From the NCBI GenBank assembly GCA_034440375.1, contig JAWXBZ010000020.1, forward strand, positions 1 through 41,116: 41,116 nt of DNA, written 5' to 3'. This stretch comes from Candidatus Eiseniibacteriota bacterium (GTDB lineage: Bacteria; Eisenbacteria; RBG-16-71-46; JABDJR01; JAWXBZ01). The notes beneath the pieces were generated by a model. The model was not told the DNA's origin. It made no database searches and worked only from the letters and a program-made list of their open reading frames with translations. Position 1 is the first letter of the stretch. Every line of letters starts with the position of its first letter. A program made the translations under genes and the position numbers. This document shows, in pieces, positions 18,922 to 28,106 of this stretch.

Positions 18922-19389
18922 CTAGCGGGGAAGTGTCTCCAGATCGTCGAGCAGCAACTTTCGATCCTCCGGCTTCTCCACGCTTTCGGCCAGCTCGCGG
19001 GCTTCGGATGCCAGGCGGCGAGCGTCGGCGTCATTGCCGGCCCGATGCTCGGCCCGGGCCAGCGCCTCCAGAGCGTAGGCCCGGTAGAAGGGGGATTCTC
19101 CCATCGCGGCCAGGGCCGACAGGTTGGCGTAGTGCCGCGCCTCTCCGGTCCGGCCCGCGAGCGCATAGACGCGGGAAAGGAGCCAGCACCCCACCGAGCG
19201 GCGCTTCGGCGTGTTGTCCGGTCGTTGGAGCCAGTGCCACGCCGAGGCGTGGGCGCCATGAATCATCTCCTCGGTTTCCCCGCTTGTTCGATCGGCTTTG
19301 TCGATCCATTGCCAGGTGTGGTTGAAGCAGGTGGTCGACAGCTGGCGGTGAACCGTGGCGAGGTCTAGTTCCTCCGATTCAGGGGTCAT
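18922..19389 (-). CDS. hypothetical helical (TPR-like) protein
   Basis: 155 aa; FNHTWQWIDK...MIHGAHASAWHW...WLLSRVYA...AYALEALARA; coupled to upstream gene. Confidence 0.75.
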   Translation of the reverse strand: MTPESEELDLATVHRQLSTTCFNHTWQWIDKADRTSGETEEMIHGAHASAWHWLQRPDNTPKRRSVGCWLLSRVYALAGRTGEARHYANLSALAAMGESPFYRAYALEALARAEHRAGNDADARRLASEARELAESVEKPEDRKLLLDDLETLPR

Positions 19390-19739
19390 CCGTCACGCTC
19401 CTCATCCATGTGAAAACGGTGGAGAATCCGGTGGGCCACCGGTGCGATCATCAGGCTGGCGACAACCAGGACAAACAAGCCGGAGAACAGCGCATAGACG
19501 GAAGCGAACATTTTCCCGCCGGATGTTCGAATCGGGTCGACCGGGCCCATGCCACCCAGAATCATCGAGGCATTGAGGAGGGCGTCCAGCCAGCTCAGCC
19601 CCTCGAAGCCGTGATATCCCGCTACCCCCGTACCGAGCACGACGAGGAGCAGGACAATTCCCACCAGCAGATGGCCGAACATCCGCCGGGCGAACTGCCG
19701 CGTCGGAAGCAGCTCCTCGTGGTATTTCTCGTACTTCAT
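19386..19739 (-). CDS. small two-TM protein with ion-channel pore-like segment
   Basis: TM - GLSWLDALLNASMILGGMGPVD - TM; ATGA overlaps on both sides. Confidence 0.75.
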   Translation of the reverse strand: MKYEKYHEELLPTRQFARRMFGHLLVGIVLLLVVLGTGVAGYHGFEGLSWLDALLNASMILGGMGPVDPIRTSGGKMFASVYALFSGLFVLVVASLMIAPVAHRILHRFHMDEERDG

Positions 19740-20968
19740 GTCCCTCCCTGCACCCGCGTGGCCTTCAAGGCCAACGGGACGGCCGAGATCATCAGGAGCG
19801 ACGCGAGCAGAAAGGCGGCACCTGGCAGATGCCAGTCGGAGCGCGCGCCGATGAAAGCGGCGAAAACCTGTGTAAACAGGCCTGGGCCGATCAGGCCGGC
19901 CACGCCCATGATACTGGCATTGGCTCCCTGAAGCTGCCCCTGTTCGGATGGCGAGACGCGGCGAGTCATGATTCCCTGCGCGGCCGGGCTATACAGGCCC
20001 ATGAGCGAAAAGATGGGGATGCCGGCGAAGAAGAACGCGGCGGTCGGCGAAAGACCGTAGGCGGCGAAGCCCGCTGCACCGAACAAGAGGCCAGCCAGGA
20101 GAGTCCGCCGCTCTCCCACGCGAGCCATGATCGGTCGGATCAATCCTGCCTGAACGATGACATTGCAGATGCCGACGGCCGCCAGCGTCAGACCCACCAT
20201 CGTGGCATCCCAGCCATACCGGTAACCCGCGTACAGGACAAAGACACTCGGCAGCACCTGGTGCGCCAGGTAGTAGAGGAAATTGACTCCCGAAAGGCCA
20301 ATCAACTCGGCGTGAGAGCGGAGCAGCGTCAGCGATCCCAGCGGGTTGGCGCGGCTCCAGCGAAACGGCTGGCGCCGTCCGGGCGGCAACGATTCCGGCA
20401 GGACGAAGAGCCCGTACAGGGTATTGAGAAGCGCCAGGCCAGCCGCCACCCAGAACGGCAGGCGCGGGTTGATGCCTCCGAGGATACCGCCGAGCGCGGG
20501 ACCCAGGATGAAGCCGAGCCCCCAGGCCGCACCGATCATGCCGAAACCGGCGGCTCGTTTCTCGGGCGGCGTGACATCGGCGATGTAGGCGCCCGCCGTG
20601 GCGAAGCTGGCCGCCGTGATTCCCGAAAGAACGCGGCCGACGAGCAGCCATCCGACGGTCGGCGCGACGGCCATGACAATGTAATCAAGTCCAAGACCAA
20701 AACAGGAAAGCAGGATGACCGGCCGCCGCCCGAATCGATCGGACAGGGCGCCGAGAATCGGCGAGAAGATGAACTGCATCAGCGCCCAGGTCGTTCCGAA
20801 GAGACCGTAGAGACGCGCCGCCCGGGCCGTATCGCCACCCATGAATCCTTCGACCAGCTTCGGCAGGACCGGAATGATGATTCCGAGAGCCAGAATGTCG
20901 ATGACGATGGTGATGAAAATGAAGACGACGGCGGCGCGTCGAGGTGGCGTCATGGTTTCGACAGTCAT
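19736..20968 (-). CDS. TCR/Tet-family MFS efflux transporter
   Basis: GIIIPVLP, motif [42 protein letters not shown]. Confidence 0.92.
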   Translation of the reverse strand: MTVETMTPPRRAAVVFIFITIVIDILALGIIIPVLPKLVEGFMGGDTARAARLYGLFGTTWALMQFIFSPILGALSDRFGRRPVILLSCFGLGLDYIVMAVAPTVGWLLVGRVLSGITAASFATAGAYIADVTPPEKRAAGFGMIGAAWGLGFILGPALGGILGGINPRLPFWVAAGLALLNTLYGLFVLPESLPPGRRQPFRWSRANPLGSLTLLRSHAELIGLSGVNFLYYLAHQVLPSVFVLYAGYRYGWDATMVGLTLAAVGICNVIVQAGLIRPIMARVGERRTLLAGLLFGAAGFAAYGLSPTAAFFFAGIPIFSLMGLYSPAAQGIMTRRVSPSEQGQLQGANASIMGVAGLIGPGLFTQVFAAFIGARSDWHLPGAAFLLASLLMISAVPLALKATRVQGGT

Positions 20969-21020
20969 CAAAGGACGTTGATCAGCAGTTCGGAATGGAG
21001 CATGTTCCGCTCCCCTGCGC

Positions 21021-21650
21021 TCAATCGCCCTCGGGAAGGCCGTGGAAAAACTCGACCTGTCCGGTATCGAGAGAATATTCCGCGCCGACCACGGACAATT
21101 CGTGGTGCTCGATCAACCCTTCCAGGATGTCGGAGCCATGCTTCAACTGATTGACCGCGGCCCGCACATTTTCCCGCATCGCTTCGCGAAGCAGCGCCGG
21201 CGGGTCGTGGCGAAGTTCGGTGCTCAGGAGTCCTTCCACCGACGGCCGGATCCGATCGACAATGGACTGAATGTTTCGGGAGTGGGAATCGGCGGAACCT
21301 TGAAGCCACTCCAGCGTGGCCTCGATGGCGCCACATTGCGAGTGGCCGAGGACGACGACCAGGCGGGAGTGGAATCGGGCCGCGGCAAATTCGACGCTGC
21401 CGACCTGTGAGGGAGCGACGATGTTTCCGGCCACGCGAATGACGAAGAGATCGCCCAGGCCCTGATCGAAGACGATCTCCGCCGGGACGCGGGAATCCGA
21501 ACAACCAAGCACAATGGCGAACGGTTTCTGTCCCGAAACCAGCTCCTGGCTGTGCGCCCGCCCGAGGAGCGATTCATGGGAGATGTGGCCGGCCACGAAT
21601 CGTTTATTGCCTTCCTTCAGCCGCTGAAGAGCCTCCGTAGCCGGGATCAT
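21021..21650 (-). CDS. beta-class carbonic anhydrase
   Basis: GCSDSRVPAEIVFDQGLGDLFVIRVAGN and VLGHSQCGA zinc ligands. Confidence 0.95.
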   Translation of the reverse strand: MIPATEALQRLKEGNKRFVAGHISHESLLGRAHSQELVSGQKPFAIVLGCSDSRVPAEIVFDQGLGDLFVIRVAGNIVAPSQVGSVEFAAARFHSRLVVVLGHSQCGAIEATLEWLQGSADSHSRNIQSIVDRIRPSVEGLLSTELRHDPPALLREAMRENVRAAVNQLKHGSDILEGLIEHHELSVVGAEYSLDTGQVEFFHGLPEGD

Positions 21651-21663
21651 CGATCAAAAACCA

Positions 21664-21919
21664 TCATGGCTTCTCTTTCGGACATTCGCAGCGCGGACAT
21701 CCTTTGTCGAAGATGATGCGCCACCGCCCGTCCGACTCCAGCCGCCAGATCGAGCAGGCAGGCCGTAAAGGCCGTGTGATCGCGATCGGCCATCGATTTC
21801 GCGAAGGCGGTCTCGGTGGCGCGAACTTGCTGCGTCAGTTCGTCCGATGAAGGCCGGCTGGCCGGGGCATTCGGCAACATCGCCAGCAAGGCAACGAGCA
21901 ACACACTATCGAGCCACAT
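21664..21919 (-). pseudogene. exported DUF4440/NTF2-like protein with internal frameshifting deletion
   Basis: N-part QQVRATETAFAKSMADRDHTAFTA; C-part SIWRLESDGRWRIIFDKGCPRCECPKEKP* in another frame (21753-21664); domain core absent. Confidence 0.78.
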
Positions 21920-21962
21920 GAATTCCTCCGTGATCAGCTGCAGCTCCCGGTGGACCGGAGCC

Positions 21963-22367
21963 TCATCGATTTGCCGGCGCCATCGTCAGATCCGAAACGC
22001 CGCCGGGATTGCTGATCAGGATGCGAAACCGATCAGCCGTCAGTTCGAGGATGTCGACCGGATACTCGATTCCCTCCTCGACCATGATCAGCCGTTTGCC
22101 GCTTCGCCGCCAGGCGCCGAAGGCTGGCTTAGCGTGGGGCGAACTGATGACGAGTATGCCGTCGGACTGAAAGGTGTAAAGCATTCCCACCTCGACGGCA
22201 TCGGATCGGGTGACGCGCCAGACCGTGTTCACAAAATCCGGAGCCGACGCCTCAGCGGGTGCAGGGACAGGCAGAGGCTTCTCGGACTTCGACGGCCCGG
22301 AGCAGGCCGGAAAAGTCATCATTACGGCGAAGACGCTGGTCAGAAGGTAAGCACGGGCCGGTTTCAT
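21963..22367 (-). CDS. hypothetical lipoprotein
   Basis: 134 aa; signal ending FPAC; beta-rich mature part. Confidence 0.75.
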   Translation of the reverse strand: MKPARAYLLTSVFAVMMTFPACSGPSKSEKPLPVPAPAEASAPDFVNTVWRVTRSDAVEVGMLYTFQSDGILVISSPHAKPAFGAWRRSGKRLIMVEEGIEYPVDILELTADRFRILISNPGGVSDLTMAPANR

Positions 22368-22438
22368 CGTCCAACTTTACGGACGCGATGGATGGTTGTC
22401 CAGTCGTGCCGGGATCTTCAGGCGGCGGAACGCCCACA

Positions 22439-23065
22439 CTATGGTTGGGCATTCCCGTTGTCCATGTCGGACAGGATCAGCCATTGGCCGCCGGGCGTGC
22501 GAGTCAGTGTCAGCGTGAATTTGCCGGTGTCTCCGACGCCGGGGCGGCTCGCATATCCACCAAGGATGTAACCGGAGGATTCACCGATCTGGTACGCGAA
22601 GGCGCGGAGTGACAACGCTCCCCCCTGTCCGGTGTAGTGCCTCTGAATGGCTTCGCGACCATGCACCGGTGGTCGGCCGCTGGGCAGGACAAAGCCGTCC
22701 TCGGCAAAGAGCGCGGCCAGGCCGGGGGCATCCCTGGCCCTCCACGCTTTTTCGTAGTCGGTCAGGATCCGCGCCAGATCCGGTGGCAACTCGAGGCCCG
22801 GCAGTCGCGCCGGCCCCTCCCCCTTTGGTGTTGGAGGCTGGCCCACCGTGCCCGGATAAAAGGGGGCGAATTCGGCAATGTCATGAACGAAGATGCCATC
22901 GTTCACGGCCGGATCCGACACGAACAGCGCCGTGGCCTCGTCCAGCGAGGCCGCCGTCACGATGATCAATCCCTTGTCGCCATAGCGGGCTCCAAGTGGC
23001 AGCCAGGAGCACGAAAAATTCGCTCGGGCCCGTTTGTCGCCGATCCGCACCATCGATTCGTCCAT
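22439..23065 (-). CDS. YCII-like half-domain fused to DUF4440/NTF2-like domain; 5' end appears disrupted
   Basis: LGARYGDKGLIIV...DPAVNDGIF...FYPG then LTDYEKAWRARDAPGLAALFAEDG...GKFTLTL...WLILSDMDN; recognisable only from ~22996; start uncertain. Confidence 0.6.
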   Translation of the reverse strand: MDESMVRIGDKRARANFSCSWLPLGARYGDKGLIIVTAASLDEATALFVSDPAVNDGIFVHDIAEFAPFYPGTVGQPPTPKGEGPARLPGLELPPDLARILTDYEKAWRARDAPGLAALFAEDGFVLPSGRPPVHGREAIQRHYTGQGGALSLRAFAYQIGESSGYILGGYASRPGVGDTGKFTLTLTRTPGGQWLILSDMDNGNAQP

Positions 23066-23544
23066 CCCGGTTGTCGTGAGATTTTCGCGGATTGCCGATC
23101 TCCCATGAGATTCAACTGGGCAACATGATGCTGGACATGGCGCATGTTGTAGAGCATCAACTCCAGATACGTCGTATGGCCCCAGCCAAACTGGAGTGGT
23201 CGGCTGGCCGCCTCGTCCGTCAGTCCATCGAGGACGGATCGGCACTTCCGACGCGAATGCTCCAGGTAGGTCAACAGTTCGGCCTGCGTGTAAGGCACCT
23301 CGGGGATGACACCGGCCGGATCCAGTTCCGCAAGGTCAAACGGATCCGGCGGCACGAATCCCTCGACCGGCCCCGAAAGGTACAGGTCGAGCCAGAAGAG
23401 CGTGTGAAAGGTCAGGTACCAGTACTCCGGCTGCTCGCGGCGATCACACCAGAGTTGTTCCGGGCATTCCCGAATGGCACTTTCAAGCATGTCGATGGCG
23501 GCGCCGAATTGCCGCCAGAGGGTGGTGCGAAACGTCTCGTTCAT
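22966..23544 (-). CDS. DinB-family protein, C-terminus probably replaced
   Basis: LWRQFGAAIDML, YWYLTFHTLFWLDLYL, YNMRHVQHHVAQLNL; unrelated-looking sequence after ~23104. Confidence 0.8.
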   Translation of the reverse strand: MNETFRTTLWRQFGAAIDMLESAIRECPEQLWCDRREQPEYWYLTFHTLFWLDLYLSGPVEGFVPPDPFDLAELDPAGVIPEVPYTQAELLTYLEHSRRKCRSVLDGLTDEAASRPLQFGWGHTTYLELMLYNMRHVQHHVAQLNLMGDRQSAKISRQPGWTNRWCGSATNGPERIFRAPGCHLEPAMATRD

Positions 23545-25502
23545 GGATCGATCACCACGTTCACCTCGACAAACGTGTCGTTGTACGCCGGCTGCCCGCC
23601 CGGCGCCCAGGCCGAAGGAGTCAACCGGTTGGCCAGTGCGCCGGTCTCAGCCGGAACACCCCACCACTTTCCGGGAAGTGCCACGACACCCGGAACAATG
23701 CCATCCGTCAGCTGGAGCCACGCGGTGAGTTCACCGCGGTCGTTATGCAGCCGGACATGTTGTCCATCGATGAAACCACGCTTCTCCGCATCGGAGCGAC
23801 ACATTTCGAGGGTTGGTCGCTTCATCGCCTGACGCTGGCGCGGCATGTTGGCGAAACTTGAATTGAGGAAGTAGTGCGACTTTGGCGTCAGCAGCTGAAA
23901 CATTCCGGGGCGTGGCGCTTCCGGTGGCAGCGGCACCCCACCGGCCAGCGTCAGCCGCCGTCCGGCCGAAGCGGGATCCGGGCGCCCGCGCGGACTCTTG
24001 TGCCACCCCTTCTCGCGGAGTTCCGCCACGGTGATCCCGGGAGGCAGCGTCGAGGCCACAATCGCCTCGTCGCTTTCGGCGAAAGCCGGATCGGTCAGGC
24101 CCATCCGGGGCGCCAGGTCACGCATGATGTCGGCATGCGAGCGGGCCTCGCCGAGAGGCGCGATGGCGGGATTGTTGATCGAGATGTATTCGTGCCCCCA
24201 GGCCCCCTGCAGGTCGAAGTGCTCGAGCTGTGTGGTCGATGGAAGCAGGATGTCGGCGAATCGCGCCGTATCGGTCATGAAATTTTCGATGACGACGGTG
24301 AAGAGATCGTCGCGTGAAAGTCCCTGCCGGATCACCCCGGCATTCGGCTGGTCGACCGCCGGGTTCATCGTCCAGACCATGAGTCCCTTGATCGGGGGCG
24401 CGAGCGTCGTATCGGTGAGATGTTCGCCGAGCCGGGCCATGTCCAGGCTGCGCGGCGTGCCGGACATCAGATCGCGCCGCATGGCCGCCGCCTCCGTCAG
24501 AACCGGGTAGGCCTCCATGAAGAGGCCACCGCCCGGAAGTTTCCAGTGCCCACCCAGAATGGCGAGGGCCGACAGCAGTCGAACAAATTCCTCGCCACCG
24601 ACCGTCTGCTGCGGTGCCACGCCGGCCCGGATGACTGCCGGACGGGCGGTGGCAAACTCCCGCGCCAGCCGTGTCACCGTTAACGGCAATACACCACAGG
24701 CCTCGCCGACCCTCGCCGGCGTCCAGGGCTGAACCTGCTCACGAAACGCGTCGAGGTCCGAGCCGACCTGCGCGGCGTATTCGAGATCGGCCAGCCCCTC
24801 GTGAAACATCACCTGCGCCATTCCCGCCGCCAGAAGGCCGTCCGTGCCGGGGCGAATCGACACATGCTCATCGCAGGCCCGGGCGGTGGTCGTGCGGCGC
24901 GGGTCGATCATGACAAGCCGTGCCCCGTGGCGCCGCCTGGCCTCCAGGATGAAGTGGAAGTGGTGATGACTGGTCGTCAACAGGTTGGCGCCCCACAGGA
25001 GCACGAGGCGGCTCTCCGAGATCTCCTCCGGGTCAAAGGATCGGGGATGCCCCTCACGATCGAGCACATTGCCCGCCGCGCCGCAGATGCTGCCATGAAA
25101 ACGGGAGGCACCGACCGCGTGAAAGATTCGCATCAATGCGCGCCGCTGGAGTATCCCCATCGAGCCCAGGTAGTTGACCGGCAGCAGGGCCTCGCCGCCG
25201 TGGGATTGGATGATGCCCCGGAAGCGGGTGGCCACGGTGTCGAGGGCTTCATCCCAGGAAATGCGTTCGAACTGACCCGAACCTTTCGGTCCGTTTCGAC
25301 GAAGTGGATGCAGCAGCCGGTCCGGCGCGTAGGTGCGCTCCTGGTAATCGTTGACCTTGGCGCAGAGCGACCCTCTGGTGAAGGGGTGCGCCGCCGCGCC
25401 GACGACGCGCGTCACCCGCCCATCCTCCACCTGCGCTTCCCAGGAGCAGGTGTCCTGACAATCGAGCGGGCAGCATCCCTTGACCGTCATCAATTCAGGC
25501 AT
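23541..25502 (-). CDS. molybdopterin-dependent oxidoreductase (DMSO reductase superfamily, single N-terminal 4Fe-4S)
   Basis: CPLDCQDTC...LCAK, RISWDEALD, SICGAAG, IRPGTD, TDTARFADILLP, FLNSSF; GGAGG RBS. Confidence 0.9.
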   Translation of the reverse strand: MPELMTVKGCCPLDCQDTCSWEAQVEDGRVTRVVGAAAHPFTRGSLCAKVNDYQERTYAPDRLLHPLRRNGPKGSGQFERISWDEALDTVATRFRGIIQSHGGEALLPVNYLGSMGILQRRALMRIFHAVGASRFHGSICGAAGNVLDREGHPRSFDPEEISESRLVLLWGANLLTTSHHHFHFILEARRRHGARLVMIDPRRTTTARACDEHVSIRPGTDGLLAAGMAQVMFHEGLADLEYAAQVGSDLDAFREQVQPWTPARVGEACGVLPLTVTRLAREFATARPAVIRAGVAPQQTVGGEEFVRLLSALAILGGHWKLPGGGLFMEAYPVLTEAAAMRRDLMSGTPRSLDMARLGEHLTDTTLAPPIKGLMVWTMNPAVDQPNAGVIRQGLSRDDLFTVVIENFMTDTARFADILLPSTTQLEHFDLQGAWGHEYISINNPAIAPLGEARSHADIMRDLAPRMGLTDPAFAESDEAIVASTLPPGITVAELREKGWHKSPRGRPDPASAGRRLTLAGGVPLPPEAPRPGMFQLLTPKSHYFLNSSFANMPRQRQAMKRPTLEMCRSDAEKRGFIDGQHVRLHNDRGELTAWLQLTDGIVPGVVALPGKWWGVPAETGALANRLTPSAWAPGGQPAYNDTFVEVNVVIDP

Positions 25503-25527
25503 CACACCTCCTGCCGGTGCCAAACAC

Positions 25528-26586
25528 CTAAAGCGTCCTGGCCATCACCGGATCCTGGTAGCTCGTCCCGCCGAACTCGAATGCCATGGTACCAATCGTG
25601 ATGAATCCCCAGCGCTCATAGAATTTCATGGCGCGATGATTTTGATCCCAGAGGCTCAGCCAGATCGTGCCGCTCCGGAGCCGCCGAGCCTCATCGAGAC
25701 AGGCATTCATGAGCGACGAACCGCGCCCCACGCCGATTGAACCCGCCGACAGGTAAATGCGGGCCAGTTGGACCGGATCGGGGCCGGTGACACAGGGGGT
25801 GGTTGATCCCGGGAGGAGAAAGGCATAACCCACCGGACGATCCGCCACGGTGGCGAGGAGCATGACCGCCTCCGGGCTCATCACCTCCGCCTCCAGCCGG
25901 TCGCGGGTGAAATGCTCCCTGATGTGCCGCTCCACTTCCTCGGCCGGGGAATGGGGTCCATAGGTCTCGCGAAACGTGACCGCGCACAGGTCGACCAACA
26001 GGTCGATGTCTCCCGCAACGGCATTTCGGATTACCGGGTCGGTTTCGTTGCGATGCACGGCGAAGCAACGGATGGCCAATCCATGCTCATCCAGTTCATC
26101 CGTTTCGAATGACATCCCGCATCGATCGACGACTTTCAGCGAAGCCGCATTTGCCGGATCAATGGTGGCGATAATCCGGGCCAGCCCGCAGCGTGTGAGT
26201 CCGTGCCGGAGGATGGCCGGCGCCAATTCGCTGGCCAGCCCCCGCCCCCACCAGGCTTTCCGGAATGCACAAATGATTTCCGGATCCGTCCGATCCGGCG
26301 CATGAACCAGTCCGGCATAGCCGATCAATTCATCGCTTTCCCGATCGATCACCGCCCAGGCCCCGTAACCCTTCGTCAGGTAGTTATGGCGCGAAATTTC
26401 GATCCACTTCGCACACAGCTCCAGCGTGAGCGGCGTCCCATCCCCCACCCAACGCATGACCACCGGATCACGGCAGACCTCGAACAGGGCCGTGACATCC
26501 TCCTCCTCGAAATGCCGTACCCGGAGGCGGGGAGTTGCCAGGACAATTTCCAGGGCTGGTTGGCTCAACTTATCCGCGGGGCGCAA
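25528..26586 (-). CDS. tandem GNAT acetyltransferase (RimJ/RimL-like + PaiA-like domains)
   Basis: TPRLRVR...WWGRGLASE...NAASLKV then TFRETY...LARIYL...GVGRGSSLM...FYERWGF; start codon uncertain. Confidence 0.85.
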   Translation of the reverse strand: MRPADKLSQPALEIVLATPRLRVRHFEEEDVTALFEVCRDPVVMRWVGDGTPLTLELCAKWIEISRHNYLTKGYGAWAVIDRESDELIGYAGLVHAPDRTDPEIICAFRKAWWGRGLASELAPAILRHGLTRCGLARIIATIDPANAASLKVVDRCGMSFETDELDEHGLAIRCFAVHRNETDPVIRNAVAGDIDLLVDLCAVTFRETYGPHSPAEEVERHIREHFTRDRLEAEVMSPEAVMLLATVADRPVGYAFLLPGSTTPCVTGPDPVQLARIYLSAGSIGVGRGSSLMNACLDEARRLRSGTIWLSLWDQNHRAMKFYERWGFITIGTMAFEFGGTSYQDPVMARTL

Positions 26587-26589
26587 TTA

Positions 26590-27207
26590 TCAACCCTCCT
26601 GCTTCCGTAGAACCCAGGTGGTCATGCTTCGCTGGTGTTGCACGACGGTCGTTTTCAGCGGGTCGGCCAGCCGGCCACCCAGTTGCTTCCCGGCTCTTTC
26701 AAGAAATGGGGCGTCCACCAGGTAACGCCGCGATCCGTCCGGCAGATGGAACCTTCCTCCTCCCACGGCGCGGATCTCTTCCTCGATCCCGATCGACGAG
26801 GCCAGGCGGGCAAATAGCAGCCCACCTGGTTTGAGAACTCGCCACGAGCCTCGCAGCATCGCCTCGAAGTGATCCTCGTCGCGCGCGAAATGGAGAACGG
26901 CACTGGAGATGACGACATCGGCATGATGGTCGGGAAACGACATGACATCCACCGGCTCCACCCGAAAATTGTCCGCCGGGAGGTGCGGCGACAGTTGCGC
27001 AGCCAGACTCCGGACCTGGTCAATGGCTTCCGCCGATTCGTCAGCCCCGCACACGTCGTACCCGGCCCGAAGCAGATAGACCAGGTTTCGCCCCCCCCCG
27101 CACCCGGCATCCAGCACGCGCATGCCGGGGGTTATGCGCCCCCGAAGCAGCTGGTCAAAGAAGTAGATGTCGATGTCGCCGAAGGCGGCCCGAAGTTCCT
27201 CCGTCAT
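26590..27207 (-). CDS. class I SAM-dependent methyltransferase
   Basis: FGDIDIYFFDQLLRGR, VLDAGCGGGRN, SSAVLHFA, RVLKPGG. Confidence 0.9.
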   Translation of the reverse strand: MTEELRAAFGDIDIYFFDQLLRGRITPGMRVLDAGCGGGRNLVYLLRAGYDVCGADESAEAIDQVRSLAAQLSPHLPADNFRVEPVDVMSFPDHHADVVISSAVLHFARDEDHFEAMLRGSWRVLKPGGLLFARLASSIGIEEEIRAVGGGRFHLPDGSRRYLVDAPFLERAGKQLGGRLADPLKTTVVQHQRSMTTWVLRKQEG

Positions 27208-27221
27208 TCCGTCAATCCGCG

Positions 27222-28058
27222 TCAGGCGCCGCCAAGCCCCTTGAGGAATGTCAGGAGGTCGGCGTTGAGCTGATCCTTGTGCGTATCGGCCAGACCATGG
27301 GGCGCGCCCGGGTAAACTTTCAGGATGGAGCCCTTGATCAGCTCCGCCGAGCGCCGGGCTGAGGCACCAATCGGCACAACCTGGTCGTCTTCGCCGTGGA
27401 CAACCAGAGTCGGCACGTCGAACTTCTTCAGGTCTTCGGTAAAATCCGTCTCGGAGAAGGCCTTGATGCAATCGTAGGTGTTCTTGTGGCCAGCCATCAT
27501 TCCCTGGTTCCAGAACGAATCGATTGTCCCCTGCGAGACCTTGGATCCCGGACGATTGGCCCCGAAGAACGGGCCACCGGCGATGTCCTTGTAGAGCTGC
27601 GCGCGGTCGGCCATGGCGCCGGCACGGATTCCATCGAATACCTCGATCGGCAGGCCGCCCGGGTTGGCTTCCGTCTTCAGCATCAGCGGTGGCACGGCGG
27701 CGATCAGCGCCGCGCCGGCCAGACGCTTCGTTCCGTGCCGACCGATGTAACGGGCCACCTCGCCGCCGCCCATGGAGAATCCGATCAGGGTGGATCCCTT
27801 CAGATCCAGCGTTTCGATGAGCTGGGAGAGGTCGTCGGCGAAGGTATTCATCTCGTTGCCATTCCAGGGTTGGCTCGAACGGCCGTGGCCGCGGCGGTCA
27901 TGGGCAATGCAGCGGTAGCCGCTGGACGCCAGGAACATCATCTGGGCCTCCCAGCTGTCCGAACAGAGCGGCCAGCCGTGACTGAACACAACCGGCGGTC
28001 CCGTACCCCAATCCTTGTAGTAGATCTGCGTGCCATCCTTCGTGGTGATCGTGCTCAT
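27222..28058 (-). CDS. cpo: alpha/beta hydrolase, non-heme chloroperoxidase/perhydrolase type
   Basis: [48 protein letters not shown]. Confidence 0.92.
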   Translation of the reverse strand: MSTITTKDGTQIYYKDWGTGPPVVFSHGWPLCSDSWEAQMMFLASSGYRCIAHDRRGHGRSSQPWNGNEMNTFADDLSQLIETLDLKGSTLIGFSMGGGEVARYIGRHGTKRLAGAALIAAVPPLMLKTEANPGGLPIEVFDGIRAGAMADRAQLYKDIAGGPFFGANRPGSKVSQGTIDSFWNQGMMAGHKNTYDCIKAFSETDFTEDLKKFDVPTLVVHGEDDQVVPIGASARRSAELIKGSILKVYPGAPHGLADTHKDQLNADLLTFLKGLGGA

Positions 28059-28106
28059 GGTGTGTCTCCTTTTCCATGGTGCTTTTGCGAATATGGTGTA
28101 CTCAAC

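Noticed and set aside
19736-20968. Calling the MFS gene a bona fide tetracycline resistance gene tetA
   Set aside because: Family membership is clear but substrate is not; no tetR adjacent
23541-25502. Mo-oxidoreductase as a replacement for missing NuoG
   Set aside because: Only one N-terminal 4Fe-4S motif; lacks the NuoG N1b/N4/N5 domain; separated from nuoN by several unrelated genes
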